Assembly: GCA_965220745.1 (NCBI GenBank)
Contig: CBDCQT010000012.1
Coordinates: 704,001 to 768,000, forward strand
Reading direction: 5' to 3'
Origin: Alphaproteobacteria bacterium
GTDB lineage: Bacteria; Pseudomonadota; Alphaproteobacteria; UBA828
DNA: 64,000 nt
Below, piece by piece: positions 1 through 9,296 of this stretch. Positions within the stretch are counted from its first letter, which is position 1. Each line of letters begins with the position of its first letter. The notes under the pieces are model-generated. The model worked only from the letters and a program-made list of their open reading frames with translations. It ran no database searches and had not been told where the DNA came from. The translations under genes were made by a program, and so were the position numbers.

Positions 1-73
1 TCATGTCGGCCGCCGCTGTGCCGGCCGCGAGCGCGAGCGCCGCGAGCACGCCTAAGAATGTGAGTTTTTTCAT
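1..73 (-). CDS. N-terminus of a probable ABC amino-acid substrate-binding protein (runs off the window start)
   Basis: Reverse strand reads MKKLTFLGVLAALALAAGTAAADM, a classic Sec signal peptide, with a purine-rich RBS. It lies directly downstream of a HisP-like ATPase gene. Confidence 0.65.
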   Translation of the reverse strand, partial: MKKLTFLGVLAALALAAGTAAADM

Positions 74-106
74 TTCTCCGTTCTCCCTCGCTAGTGGTTG
101 AGTCGT

Positions 107-922
107 TTACGTGGGCTGGGCGTCGCTGCGCTCGCCCGAAAGGAATTGCCTGAGCCTCGGCGATTGCGGATCGTCGAGCAACGCCTTGGACGCGCCTTCC
201 TCCTCGATCTGCCCCTCGTGCAGAAACACGGTGCGCGACGAGACCTCGCGGGCGAAGCCGACCTCGTGGGTGACGATCAGCATGGTTCGGCCTTCCTCGG
301 CGAGATCGCGGATGACCCTCAGCACCTCGCCGACGAGCTCGGGGTCGAGCGCCGAGGTGGGCTCGTCGAAGAGCATGACGTCGGGTTCCATGGCGAGCGC
401 GCGGGCGATCGCCGCCCGCTGCTCCTGCCCGCCGGAGAGGTGGGCGGGGAAGTAGTCGTGCTTGTCCGCGAGGCCGACCTTGTCCAGCAACGCCCGTGCA
501 CGGTCCGCCGCCTCGCGCCGGGGCAGCTTGAGCACGTGGACCGGCGCCTCGATCACATTCTGCAGCACGGTCAGGTGAGACCACAGGTTGAACTGCTGGA
601 ACACCATGCCGAGCCGGGCGCGGATGCGGTCGACCTGGCGCCGGTCCGCCGGCATCGCCCGGCCGCGCCGGTCGCGCTTCATGCGGATCAGCTCGCCGCC
701 AACGTGGACCTCGCCTGAGTCGGGGACCTCCAGCAGGTTGATGCAGCGGAGCAGGGTGCTCTTGCCGGAGCCGCTGGCGCCCAGGATGGCGATGACATCG
801 TGCTCGCGAGCCGTCAGCGAGACGCCCTTGAGCACCTCCAGGTCGCCGAAGCTCTTGTAGAGGTCGTCCACCCGGAGCGCTGTGCCGGGCTCCGCCCGTG
901 CCTCGTCTTGCGGGCTGGCCAC
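107..922 (-). CDS. Polar amino-acid ABC transporter ATP-binding protein (HisP/AapP-like)
   Basis: Walker A GASGSGKST, Q-loop MVFQQFNLWSHLT, LSGGQEQR signature, FDEPTSALDPE. The GTG start near 922 is inferred; the 555-aa track ORF is over-extended. Confidence 0.9.
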   Translation of the reverse strand: MASPQDEARAEPGTALRVDDLYKSFGDLEVLKGVSLTAREHDVIAILGASGSGKSTLLRCINLLEVPDSGEVHVGGELIRMKRDRRGRAMPADRRQVDRIRARLGMVFQQFNLWSHLTVLQNVIEAPVHVLKLPRREAADRARALLDKVGLADKHDYFPAHLSGGQEQRAAIARALAMEPDVMLFDEPTSALDPELVGEVLRVIRDLAEEGRTMLIVTHEVGFAREVSSRTVFLHEGQIEEEGASKALLDDPQSPRLRQFLSGERSDAQPT

Positions 923-960
923 CCCGAGCGCCTGCGCCACCCGACCGGCTCCGCTCGCGG

Positions 961-2325
961 CTACGAGGTGAACGTGCGGCGCTTGACCAGCTTGCCGCGT
1001 CCGGCTTCGGCATTCACCTTGCCGTTCTCCACGATGATGTCGCCGCGCGAGATCGTCATTGCCGGCCAGCCGGTGACCTCGAAGCCTTCGTGCAGCTCCC
1101 AATCCTGCTTGGAGTGCATGTCGCGCTGGCGGATGGTGACGGGCTTCTGCGGGTCGAACACCGTGATGTCGGCATCCGAACCCACCGCGATCGTCCCCTT
1201 CTGTGGATAGAGGCCGAAGAGCTTGGCTGGCGTGGTGGCGCTGACCTCGACGAAGCGGTTGGCGGTGAGCCGGCCTTTGCGCACGCCCTCGGAATAGAGC
1301 ATGGGCAGCACCGTCTCCAGGTTCGACATGCCGGGCAGCAGCTCGTCCACCGTCTTCCCCTCCGTCTTCTGCTTCGTGCTCCAGCCGACATGGTCGGTGG
1401 CGACCACCTGAAGCACGTTGCTGTCGAGCGCCTGCCAGAGCACCTCCATCTGGTCGGCATCGCGCAGCGGCGGCCAGCCGACGTATTGCTCGGGAAACAC
1501 CTCCTCGTTGAAGCGATCGCGCGAGAGGTGGAGGTAGATGGGCCGGGTCTCGCCGTAGCAGGTCTGGCCGCGGGCGCGGGCGTCGTTCAGCGCGTCCAGC
1601 CCCTCCTGGCACGAGAGGTGGACGAGGTACGCGGGCGCATCGGCCACGTGCGCCATCCAGAGCGCACGCTGGGCGGCGATCCCCTCGGAGATGCGCGGCC
1701 GGGAATCGGGGAAGGTGCGGACGTTGGAGTTGTTCTCCTCCGCGAGCTTCTGGGTCATGTAGGAGATGCAGCACTGATCCTCGCAGTGGATGTTGATCAT
1801 CGCGCCGAGCTTCCCGGCTTCCTCCATGCAGCGCAGGTATTGGGGCGCGTAGTGGTCGAACTGGGACAGCTCGGTCATGAAGATCTTGAAGCTGGTGTAG
1901 CCGTCGGCGACGCAGTCCCGCATCTCGGTGAGCGTGTGCTCACCGGGGTGGAAGATGGTCGGGTGCAGGCCGTAATCGACCACCGACTTCTCGCCCCGCT
2001 TGTTCCAGGTGGCGAGGCAGTCCTGCAGCGACTGGCCTGGCGCGGGGACCGCGTAGTCGCAGATCGTGGTGATCCCGCCGCAGGCGGCGGCCACCGTGGA
2101 CGAGTGGAAGTCGTCGGTGGTCTCGTGTCCCATCCACTCGAACTCGACGTGGGTGTGCACGTCGACGCCGCCGGGGAACAAGATCTTGCCGCTGCAATCG
2201 ACCGTGCGTCCGGCCGGGCCCAGGCCGTGGCCGATCTGCTTGATGACGCCGTTCTCGATCCCGATATCGGCGCGGTAGCTCTCGTGCGCGGTCACGATGT
2301 CGCCGTTCGCCAGGATCAGATCCAT
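961..2325 (-). CDS. Dihydropyrimidinase/hydantoinase-family cyclic amidohydrolase, paralogue A
   Basis: Metal ligands DVHTH, SFKIFM (carboxylated Lys), IHCED, VHLS and ATDH; KGTIAVGSDAD; AGGAGG RBS. Confidence 0.9.
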   Translation of the reverse strand: MDLILANGDIVTAHESYRADIGIENGVIKQIGHGLGPAGRTVDCSGKILFPGGVDVHTHVEFEWMGHETTDDFHSSTVAAACGGITTICDYAVPAPGQSLQDCLATWNKRGEKSVVDYGLHPTIFHPGEHTLTEMRDCVADGYTSFKIFMTELSQFDHYAPQYLRCMEEAGKLGAMINIHCEDQCCISYMTQKLAEENNSNVRTFPDSRPRISEGIAAQRALWMAHVADAPAYLVHLSCQEGLDALNDARARGQTCYGETRPIYLHLSRDRFNEEVFPEQYVGWPPLRDADQMEVLWQALDSNVLQVVATDHVGWSTKQKTEGKTVDELLPGMSNLETVLPMLYSEGVRKGRLTANRFVEVSATTPAKLFGLYPQKGTIAVGSDADITVFDPQKPVTIRQRDMHSKQDWELHEGFEVTGWPAMTISRGDIIVENGKVNAEAGRGKLVKRRTFTS

Positions 2326-2403
2326 GGTCCCCTCCTGTCTCGTCGTTGCTTCTTGTCCTTCACCTTAGAGCATGGGGCGGGATTGGGCAGGCGCTTCCGC
2401 CGG

Positions 2404-3768
2404 TCAGGAGGTGTAGGTGCGCCGCTTGACCAGCTTGCCGCGGCCGGGCTCCGCGTTGACCTTGCCGTTCTCCACGATGATGTCGCCGCGGGAGATGGTC
2501 ATGGTTGGCCAGCCGGTGACCTCGAAGCCCTCGTGCAGCTCCCAGTCCTGCTTCGAGTGCATGTCGCGCTGGCGGATGGTGACGGGCTTGTCCGGATCGA
2601 AGACCGTGACGTCGGCGTCGGAGCCCACCGCGATGGTTCCCTTCTGCGGGTACATGCCCATGAGCTTGGCCGGCTGGGTGGCGCTCACGTCGACGTAGCG
2701 GTGGGGCGAGAGCCGGCCCTCGCGCACGCCCTCGGAATAGAGCATGGGCAGCACCGTCTCCAGGTTCGACATGCCGGGCAGCAGCTCGTCCACGGTCACG
2801 CTGGCCTTCTTCTGCTTCATGTTCCAGCCGACGTGGTCGGTGGCGACGGTCTGGAGCACGTTGCTGTCGAGCGCCTGCCACATCACCTCCATCTGGTCGG
2901 CCTCGCGCAGCGGCGGCCAGCCGACGTAGCGCTCGGGGTCCACCTCCTCGTTGAAGCGCTCGCGGGAGAGGTGGAGGTAGATGGGCCGGGTCTCGCCGTA
3001 GCAGGTCTGGCCCCGGCCGCGCGCGTCGTTCAGCGCATCCAGCCCTTCCTGGCACGAGAGGTGGACGAGGTAGGCGGGCACGTCGGCCACGTGGGCCATC
3101 CAGAGCGCGCGGCGGGCGGCGAGCCCCTCCGAGATGCGCGGCCGGGAATCGGGGAAGGTGCGGACGTTGGAGTTGTTCTCCTCCTCGAGCTTCTGGGTCA
3201 TGTAGGAGATGCAGCACTGGTCCTCGCAATGGATGTTGACCATCGCGCCGAGCTTGCCGGCCTCCTCCATGCAGCGCAGGTACTCGGCCGCATACTTGTC
3301 GAACTCGGCGAAGCCGATCATGAAAATCTTGAAGCTGGTGTAGCCGTCGGCGACGCAGTCCCGCATCTGGCTGAGGGTGTGCTCGCCGGGTTGGAAGATG
3401 GTCGGGTGCAGGCCGTAGTCGATCACCGACTTCTCGCCCCGCTGGTTCCAGCGGACCAGGCAGTCCTGCAGCGATTGGCCGGGCTCCGGGAAGGCGTAGT
3501 CGCAGATCGTCGTGATGCCGCCGCAGGCGGCGGCCACCGTGGACGAGTGGAAGTCGTCGGCGGTCTCCTGGCCCATCAGCTCGAACTCGACGTGGGTGTG
3601 CACGTCGACGCCGCCGGGGAACAGGGTCTTGCCGCTGCAATCGACTGTGCGGCCGGCGGGCCCCAGGCCGTGGCCGATCTGTTTGATGACGCCGTTCTCG
3701 ATGCCGATATCGGCGTCGTAGCTCTCGTGGGCGGTCACGATTTTGCCGTTCGCCAGAATCAGATCCAT
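2404..3768 (-). CDS. Dihydropyrimidinase/hydantoinase-family cyclic amidohydrolase, paralogue B
   Basis: Same motifs as paralogue A. About 55 of 454 residues differ by manual count (~88% identity). GGAGGGG RBS before ATG 3768. Confidence 0.9.
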   Translation of the reverse strand: MDLILANGKIVTAHESYDADIGIENGVIKQIGHGLGPAGRTVDCSGKTLFPGGVDVHTHVEFELMGQETADDFHSSTVAAACGGITTICDYAFPEPGQSLQDCLVRWNQRGEKSVIDYGLHPTIFQPGEHTLSQMRDCVADGYTSFKIFMIGFAEFDKYAAEYLRCMEEAGKLGAMVNIHCEDQCCISYMTQKLEEENNSNVRTFPDSRPRISEGLAARRALWMAHVADVPAYLVHLSCQEGLDALNDARGRGQTCYGETRPIYLHLSRERFNEEVDPERYVGWPPLREADQMEVMWQALDSNVLQTVATDHVGWNMKQKKASVTVDELLPGMSNLETVLPMLYSEGVREGRLSPHRYVDVSATQPAKLMGMYPQKGTIAVGSDADVTVFDPDKPVTIRQRDMHSKQDWELHEGFEVTGWPTMTISRGDIIVENGKVNAEPGRGKLVKRRTYTS

Positions 3769-4182
3769 CGTCCCCTCCATTCCCTGTCGTGAAATTTATT
3801 CGTTGCCTCGAAGTATGGGCGCGTTCGTGCCGGGGGGTCCAGCGTCTCGTTGGTCGGCTTGCGGTGCCGTTGCCCCGGCGGCTCGCCGGTTCGCTGTGCG
3901 TTGGGACACGCGGTTTACGCCAGGGATTGACGGGTGCTAGTGTAGAAGCCACGAGAAGTGTCACGGTGCGCATGCGCGTGCGTCGGTGCCGCGCGAAGGT
4001 TGGCTCCTTCCGGGCGCCGTGCAGTACGCGGGCGAGCGGGGCGACGGATCGGCTGGTCAGGTGGACAACACCTGTGGGCACCATTCGGATCTATCTCCCT
4101 GTCTCGCGGCGAGCCGCATCGAACGGCCAAGTCAAGAACCTGCCATTCGTGAGGCATGGACGTCACAGGGAGGAGACGAGAC

Positions 4183-5478
4183 ATGAAGATCAACCGGCGA
4201 AGGTTCCTCAAAACTGCGGCCCTTGCGAGCGCAACGACGGCCGCATTTCCCTATTTCTACACCCAGAAGTTCGCCAAGGCGGATGAAAGCGACGAGATCA
4301 AGGTCGGCATCCTCCACTCCTTGAGCGGTACCATCGCGATTATCGAACGCTCGCTGCACAACGCCGAGCTGATGGCGATCGAGGAGATCAACGCCAAAGG
4401 CGGCGTCATGGGCGGCAAGAAGCTGGTGCCCGTGGTCGAGGACCCGCAATCGGTGGTTCGGGTGTTCCGCCAAAAGGCCAAGAAGCTCCTGCTCCAGGAC
4501 AAGGTGGTGGCCGTGCTCGGCTGCTACACCTCGGCCAGCCGCCAATCGGTGCTGCCGGAGTTCGAGAACAACAACGGCATCCTGCTGTATCCGACTCTCT
4601 ACGAGGCGCAGGAATGCAGCTACAACTGCTTCTACACCGGCGCCGTGCCCAACCAGCAGCTCGACGACTTCGCCCCCTGGGTGATCGACAAGTTCGGGCC
4701 CCGGCACTACCTCATCGGCGCCAACTATATCTATCCCAAGGAGACCAACCGCGAGTGGAAGGCGCTGCTCGACAACCACGGCGGCGAGACCGTGGCCGAG
4801 GAGTACGCACCGCTGGGGCACACTGAATTCGCCACCAACATCAATAAGATCGCATCCCTCCAGCCCGACGTGGTGTTCTCCACGCTGGTGGGCGATCAGA
4901 TCGTGGCCTTCTACAAGCAGTTCAAGCAGTTCGGCATCACCGCCGAGGACATCCCAATCTGCACGCCGATCACCACCGAGCAGGAAATCAAGGGCATGGG
5001 GCCGGAATACGCGCTCGGCCACTACACGTCCTTCAACTACTTCCAGTCGGTGGACTCGCCCGAGAACGCGGAGTTCGTCGCCCGCTACAAGGCGACCTAC
5101 GGCGAGGACGAGGTGACCAACGCCGTGATGGAGGCGGCCTACTTCCAGACCTACTTCTTGGCGCAGGCGCTCGACCAGGTGGGCACCACCGACGCCGACG
5201 CGCTGATCACGGAAGGCCTGCCGGGGCAGGAGTTCCAGGCACCGCAGGGCAAGGTCAAGATCGACGAGAAGAACCACCACACCTATCTCTGGGCACGCAT
5301 CGGCCAGGCCCGCGAAGATGGGCAGTTCGATATCGTCTGGAAGTCGGAAGACTGGATTCGGCCCGATCCCTGGGTCGATCTGCTCTATCCCGACAAGGAC
5401 TGCGACTTCACTGACCAGCGCGTGATCGATCGCATCAAATCGGGCGACAGGGATCGTTCGGGTACGATCGATATTTGA
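4183..5478 (+). CDS. urtA: Urea/short-chain amide ABC substrate-binding protein (UrtA/AmiC-type) with Tat signal
   Basis: MKINRRRFLK Tat motif; IKVGILHSLSGT, GCYTSASR, YTGAVPNQQ, NYIYP; strong RBS before ATG 4183. Confidence 0.85.
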   Translation: MKINRRRFLKTAALASATTAAFPYFYTQKFAKADESDEIKVGILHSLSGTIAIIERSLHNAELMAIEEINAKGGVMGGKKLVPVVEDPQSVVRVFRQKAKKLLLQDKVVAVLGCYTSASRQSVLPEFENNNGILLYPTLYEAQECSYNCFYTGAVPNQQLDDFAPWVIDKFGPRHYLIGANYIYPKETNREWKALLDNHGGETVAEEYAPLGHTEFATNINKIASLQPDVVFSTLVGDQIVAFYKQFKQFGITAEDIPICTPITTEQEIKGMGPEYALGHYTSFNYFQSVDSPENAEFVARYKATYGEDEVTNAVMEAAYFQTYFLAQALDQVGTTDADALITEGLPGQEFQAPQGKVKIDEKNHHTYLWARIGQAREDGQFDIVWKSEDWIRPDPWVDLLYPDKDCDFTDQRVIDRIKSGDRDRSGTIDI

Positions 5479-5564
5479 CGCTCAATCCACGCCGGGTGTC
5501 GTGACGCTTCGCTTCGAGGCGTCCCGGCACCCGCCGGTTGGCGGGCACGGACATCGGTTGAGCG
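5479..5564 (+). other. Intercistronic multi-hairpin RNA structure after the substrate-binding protein gene
   Basis: Closing stem CGCTCAA/TTGAGCG encloses GACGCTTCG..CGAGGCGTC and CCCGCC..GGCGGG hairpins. Confidence 0.45.
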
Positions 5565-5573
5565 CGGGTTGAG

Positions 5574-6464
5574 ATGGGCGACGCGGTCCTTACACAGTTC
5601 TTCAGCGGCTTCAGCCTGGTCGCAATTCTGATCATCGCGGCACTGGGGCTCGCAGTCATCTTCGGCGTCGCCGGGGTCATCAACATGGCCCACGGCGAGT
5701 TCATCATGGTCGGCGCCTATGTTGCCTCGGTGGTCCAGAGCGGCCTCGGTGGCAACACCTTCTGGTCGATCCCGATCTGCTTCGTCGCCGTGGGCCTCCT
5801 TGGCCTCGTCGTCGAACGAACGGTGATCCGAGGACTCTACGACCGACCATTGGAGACACTCCTCGCGACGTGGGGGGTGTCGTTAATCCTAATCGTAATC
5901 ATCAAGATGATCTTCGGAACGGAGCTGCACTATGTGGGCTCGCCGGAGATGCTCCAGGGGGGCTTCCCCGCGCCGGGCAACCTGCCCTTCCCGTGGTACC
6001 GGCTGTTCCTGATCCTGCTGTCGATCCTCTTGCTGGTTCTCACCTTCGTGCTCTTCTTCCGCACCAAGTTCGGGCTGGCGGTGAGAGCCGTGCGGCGCAA
6101 TCGCTCGATGAGCGAGGCGATGGGGATCAACACTGCCCGCGTTGACATGCTGATCTTTGCCTACGGCTCCGGCCTTGCCGGCGTCGCCGGTGCGGTGCTG
6201 GCTCCGATCAAGACCGTCTCGCCCACCATGGGTTTCCCCTACGCCGTCGACTCTTTCATGGTTCTGGTCATGGGCGGCGTCGGCAACCTGCTGGGAGTCC
6301 CGGTTGGCGCCGCGATCATCGGCGAGGGCGAGACCATTCTCGCGTTCCTGTTCAACAGCGTGATTGGCAAGCTGTTGGTGTTCTTGCTGATCGTTCTGGT
6401 GATCCGCATCGTGCCGAGAGGCATCTTCGGCTACCAGGAGCGCACGCTGGGGCACAGGCGGTGA
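5574..6464 (+). CDS. urtB: Urea/amide ABC permease (UrtB/LivH-type)
   Basis: ALGLAVIFGVAGVINMAHGEF, RPLETLLATWG, DSFMVLVMGGVG; multiple TM segments. Confidence 0.85.
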   Translation: MGDAVLTQFFSGFSLVAILIIAALGLAVIFGVAGVINMAHGEFIMVGAYVASVVQSGLGGNTFWSIPICFVAVGLLGLVVERTVIRGLYDRPLETLLATWGVSLILIVIIKMIFGTELHYVGSPEMLQGGFPAPGNLPFPWYRLFLILLSILLLVLTFVLFFRTKFGLAVRAVRRNRSMSEAMGINTARVDMLIFAYGSGLAGVAGAVLAPIKTVSPTMGFPYAVDSFMVLVMGGVGNLLGVPVGAAIIGEGETILAFLFNSVIGKLLVFLLIVLVIRIVPRGIFGYQERTLGHRR

Positions 6465-6498
6465 GCGCCGGGCGCATCGGCGGAGGATTGCGCTTGCC

Positions 6499-7698
6499 AT
6501 GACGACGGTCGCCACCGCCGGCAGGTTCAACCTGCGCCGGGAGCCGATGTTCCCGCTCTGGTCGATCGCAGGTGTCACCGCTGTGGTGGCGATCCTCGCC
6601 ACCTATCCGCTCTACGGCACCGAATACGTCATGAACCTGCTGGGCATGTTCGTGTGCTTCTCGATCTTCGCACTCAGCATCAGCCTGATCTGGGGCTTCG
6701 CGGGGATTCTGAGCCTCGGCCAGGCGATCTATTTCGGTATGGGGGCGTACTTCATCGCGCTCTCGCTCAAGCTGAGCTACGCCGCCGAGAACCCGACCCG
6801 CTACGGCGGCACGATACCGGACTACATGGAGTGGAACGGCCTCACCGAGGTGCCCACGATCATGGCGCCCCTCATGCATATCGAGGTCGCCATCGTCTGC
6901 CTGTTGTTTTTCCCCACTCTGCTCGCGTTCATATTCGGGGTGATCACCTTCAAGCGCCACATCTACGGCGTTTACTGCGCCGTCATCACGCTGGCCGAAG
7001 CGTTGATTCTCCAGGAATTCATCATCGAGTATCAGGCCTATACCGGCGGGTTCAACGGCATCACCGACTACGAGACGTACAACAACATGTACTTTCTCTG
7101 GGTCATTCTGGGCGTGGCTGTCCTGCTCTTCGCCGCGAGCCGCCTGCTGACCCACTCCCGCATCGGCACCGTGCTCAAGTCGGTGCGCGACAACGACGTG
7201 CGCGCCGAGTTCAACGGCTACGAGGTCGCCAACTACCGCATCTTCGTCTTCTGCTTCGCCTCCATGATGGCGGCGATTGCGGGCGGCCTCTATGCGGCGT
7301 GGATGGGAATCGTTTCACACCTCGACACCGGCCCCATCCTCTCGATCGAGGGCGTGATTTGGGCCGCGGTGGGCGGTCGCGCGACTGTCATCGGCCCCTT
7401 CATCGGGACCTTCCTCGTCAAGGGTGCGGAGTTCTTCCTCAGCGAGCAGCTCGCCTGGGCGTGGCAGCTGGTCATGGGGCTGCTCTTCATCTTCGTCGTC
7501 AAGTTCATGCCTGACGGGATCATGGGTACCATCGGCAAGTCCATCGCCATGGGTCGCCAGCGCGCCGCCTATGCCGAGTCCGAGGACGCCTTCCAGAGCG
7601 GCCCGATGGCCGTCATCACGCGGCTACGGTCGGCCTTCACCGACGGCAACCGGGGCTTCATGGACAATCTGCTCGGCCGCAGCGGCCGGCGGGATTGA
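6499..7698 (+). CDS. urtC: Urea/amide ABC permease (UrtC/LivM-type)
   Basis: LIWGFAGILSLGQAIYFGMGAY, PDYMEWNG, TGGFNGITD, AAVGGRAT. Confidence 0.85.
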   Translation: MTTVATAGRFNLRREPMFPLWSIAGVTAVVAILATYPLYGTEYVMNLLGMFVCFSIFALSISLIWGFAGILSLGQAIYFGMGAYFIALSLKLSYAAENPTRYGGTIPDYMEWNGLTEVPTIMAPLMHIEVAIVCLLFFPTLLAFIFGVITFKRHIYGVYCAVITLAEALILQEFIIEYQAYTGGFNGITDYETYNNMYFLWVILGVAVLLFAASRLLTHSRIGTVLKSVRDNDVRAEFNGYEVANYRIFVFCFASMMAAIAGGLYAAWMGIVSHLDTGPILSIEGVIWAAVGGRATVIGPFIGTFLVKGAEFFLSEQLAWAWQLVMGLLFIFVVKFMPDGIMGTIGKSIAMGRQRAAYAESEDAFQSGPMAVITRLRSAFTDGNRGFMDNLLGRSGRRD

Positions 7699-7727
7699 GG
7701 GCGCGCGGTGGCAGCGAGGGATCGCCG

Positions 7728-8483
7728 ATGACCGGGAATATCCTCGAGATCACCGGCCTCACCACGCGGGTCTCCGGCTACACGATCCTGGACGACCTCT
7801 ATTTCTCCGTGGAAGAGAACGAGCTGCGCGTGCTGCTCGGCCCCAACGGGGCCGGCAAGACGACGCTGATCGACATGATCTCCGGCCGCTACAAGCCGAC
7901 CGGGGGAAAGATAATCTTTGAGAACCGCGACATCACGGGGCTGGCGCCGCACAAGATCTTCAAGCGCGGGATCTGCCGCAAGTTCCAGGTCCCCAACATG
8001 TACGAGACGCTGTCGGTGTTCGACAACGTGATGATCTCGCTGGCCGGCCACAGGCTCGTGGTCCAGTCCCTATTCCACAAGCACACCACCACCGATCAGG
8101 ATCGCGTGGTGGAGATTCTGGAGTTCATCGGGCTTGTGGAGAAGGCCGGGTTTCCGGCGGACGCGCTCTCCCACGGCGAGCGCCAGTGGCTCGAGATGGG
8201 TATGCTGATCGCGGCGGACCCGAAGCTGCTTCTGCTCGACGAGCCGACAACCGGCATGACCGAGGCGGACAAGCAGAAGACCGCCGATCTGATCCAGCGC
8301 ATCGCGGAGCGGCATACGGTCCTCCTAGTCGAGCACGACATGCACGTGGTGCGCCGGCTCGGGAACTTCGTCACAGTGCTGCACCAGGGTGGGATCCTGG
8401 CGGAGGGCCCCTTGAGCGATGTCGTCGCCAACGAGGAGGTGAGGCAGGTCTATCTCGGGCAGGGGAAGTTTAGCGGTGCTTGA
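7728..8483 (+). CDS. urtD: Urea/amide ABC ATP-binding protein
   Basis: GPNGAGKTT, GICRKFQVP, LSHGERQWLEMGM, LLLDEP, VRQVYLG. Confidence 0.88.
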   Translation: MTGNILEITGLTTRVSGYTILDDLYFSVEENELRVLLGPNGAGKTTLIDMISGRYKPTGGKIIFENRDITGLAPHKIFKRGICRKFQVPNMYETLSVFDNVMISLAGHRLVVQSLFHKHTTTDQDRVVEILEFIGLVEKAGFPADALSHGERQWLEMGMLIAADPKLLLLDEPTTGMTEADKQKTADLIQRIAERHTVLLVEHDMHVVRRLGNFVTVLHQGGILAEGPLSDVVANEEVRQVYLGQGKFSGA

Positions 8484-9171
8484 GATCGACAAGATCAACA
8501 CCTTCTACGGGACCAGCCACATCCTGCACGACCTGTCGCTGACCATTCCCGAGGGCGCCATGATCAGCGTGCTCGGGCGGAATGGTGTGGGAAAGAGCAC
8601 GCTGCTCCGCAGCATCATCGGGCTGAACCCGCCGCGCCGGGGGAGCATCACCCTCAATGGCCGCGATCTCACCCGGATGAGCGGCCACCGCCGCGCCCGG
8701 CTCGGCGTCGCTTACGTGCCGCAAGGGCGCGAGATCATCGCCGACATGACGGTCGCGCAGAATCTCGAAGTCGCGATGTTCGCCAAGGGGATGCGCTCCA
8801 CCAAGGTGCCGGATTTCGTCTACGACCTGTTCCCCATGATCCGGCCGCTCATGGGCCGGCGGGGCGGCGTGCTCAGCGGCGGGCAACAGCAGCAAGTGGC
8901 GATCGCGCGCGCCCTCGTTCAGGAGCCCGACCTGCTGCTCCTCGACGAGCCGACGGAGGGGTTGCAGCCCTCGGTGGTCGAGGAGATCGACCAGATCATC
9001 CGCCGCATCCACGCGGAGCGGAATTGCTCGATCCTGCTGGTCGAGCAGAACCTCTTCTTCGTGCGCGAAGTCACCGAGCAGTTCGCGATCATGGAAAACG
9101 GGCGGATCGTCGTCAGCGGCGACATCGCGCAGCTCACCGACGATCTGGTCGCCGCTCACCTATCCGTCTAA
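8476..9171 (+). CDS. urtE: Urea/amide ABC ATP-binding protein
   Basis: GRNGVGKST, YVPQGREI, LSGGQQQQVAIARAL, LDEPTEGLQPS. Confidence 0.88.
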   Translation: MLEIDKINTFYGTSHILHDLSLTIPEGAMISVLGRNGVGKSTLLRSIIGLNPPRRGSITLNGRDLTRMSGHRRARLGVAYVPQGREIIADMTVAQNLEVAMFAKGMRSTKVPDFVYDLFPMIRPLMGRRGGVLSGGQQQQVAIARALVQEPDLLLLDEPTEGLQPSVVEEIDQIIRRIHAERNCSILLVEQNLFFVREVTEQFAIMENGRIVVSGDIAQLTDDLVAAHLSV

Positions 9172-9231
9172 CCGCGCGGCGCGATTCCACCGCCACCTCT
9201 CGTTTGCAGCCGCGGCACGCTTAGCCTGTGT

Positions 9232-9260
9232 TTGGTTCCTGGTCCGGGGCGCGGTATAAA
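9232..9260 (+). promoter_or_regulatory. Possible sigma70 promoter for amiE
   Basis: TTGGTT-N17-TATAAA upstream of the GGGAGGA RBS. Confidence 0.3.
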
Positions 9261-9296
9261 CACGCGCAGGATACGGACGGCTAGGGAGGACATGCC

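Noticed and set aside
107-1774. 555-aa apparent fusion of an N-terminal extension to the ABC ATPase
   Set aside because: The extension is an out-of-frame read of the hydantoinase gene; the real start is near 922.
898-3792. 964-aa + strand ORF and similar long antisense ORFs (18368-20701, 21498-24041, 31465-33519, 35413-37629, 45566-47365)
   Set aside because: Shadow frames of high-GC genes on the opposite strand; no motifs, and they overlap clear CDSs.
3780-4180. Possible riboswitch or ANTAR leader before urtA (hairpin CAGGTG-gacaa-CACCTG)
   Set aside because: No recognisable aptamer consensus, dual hexaloop or terminator; an Rfam search would be needed.
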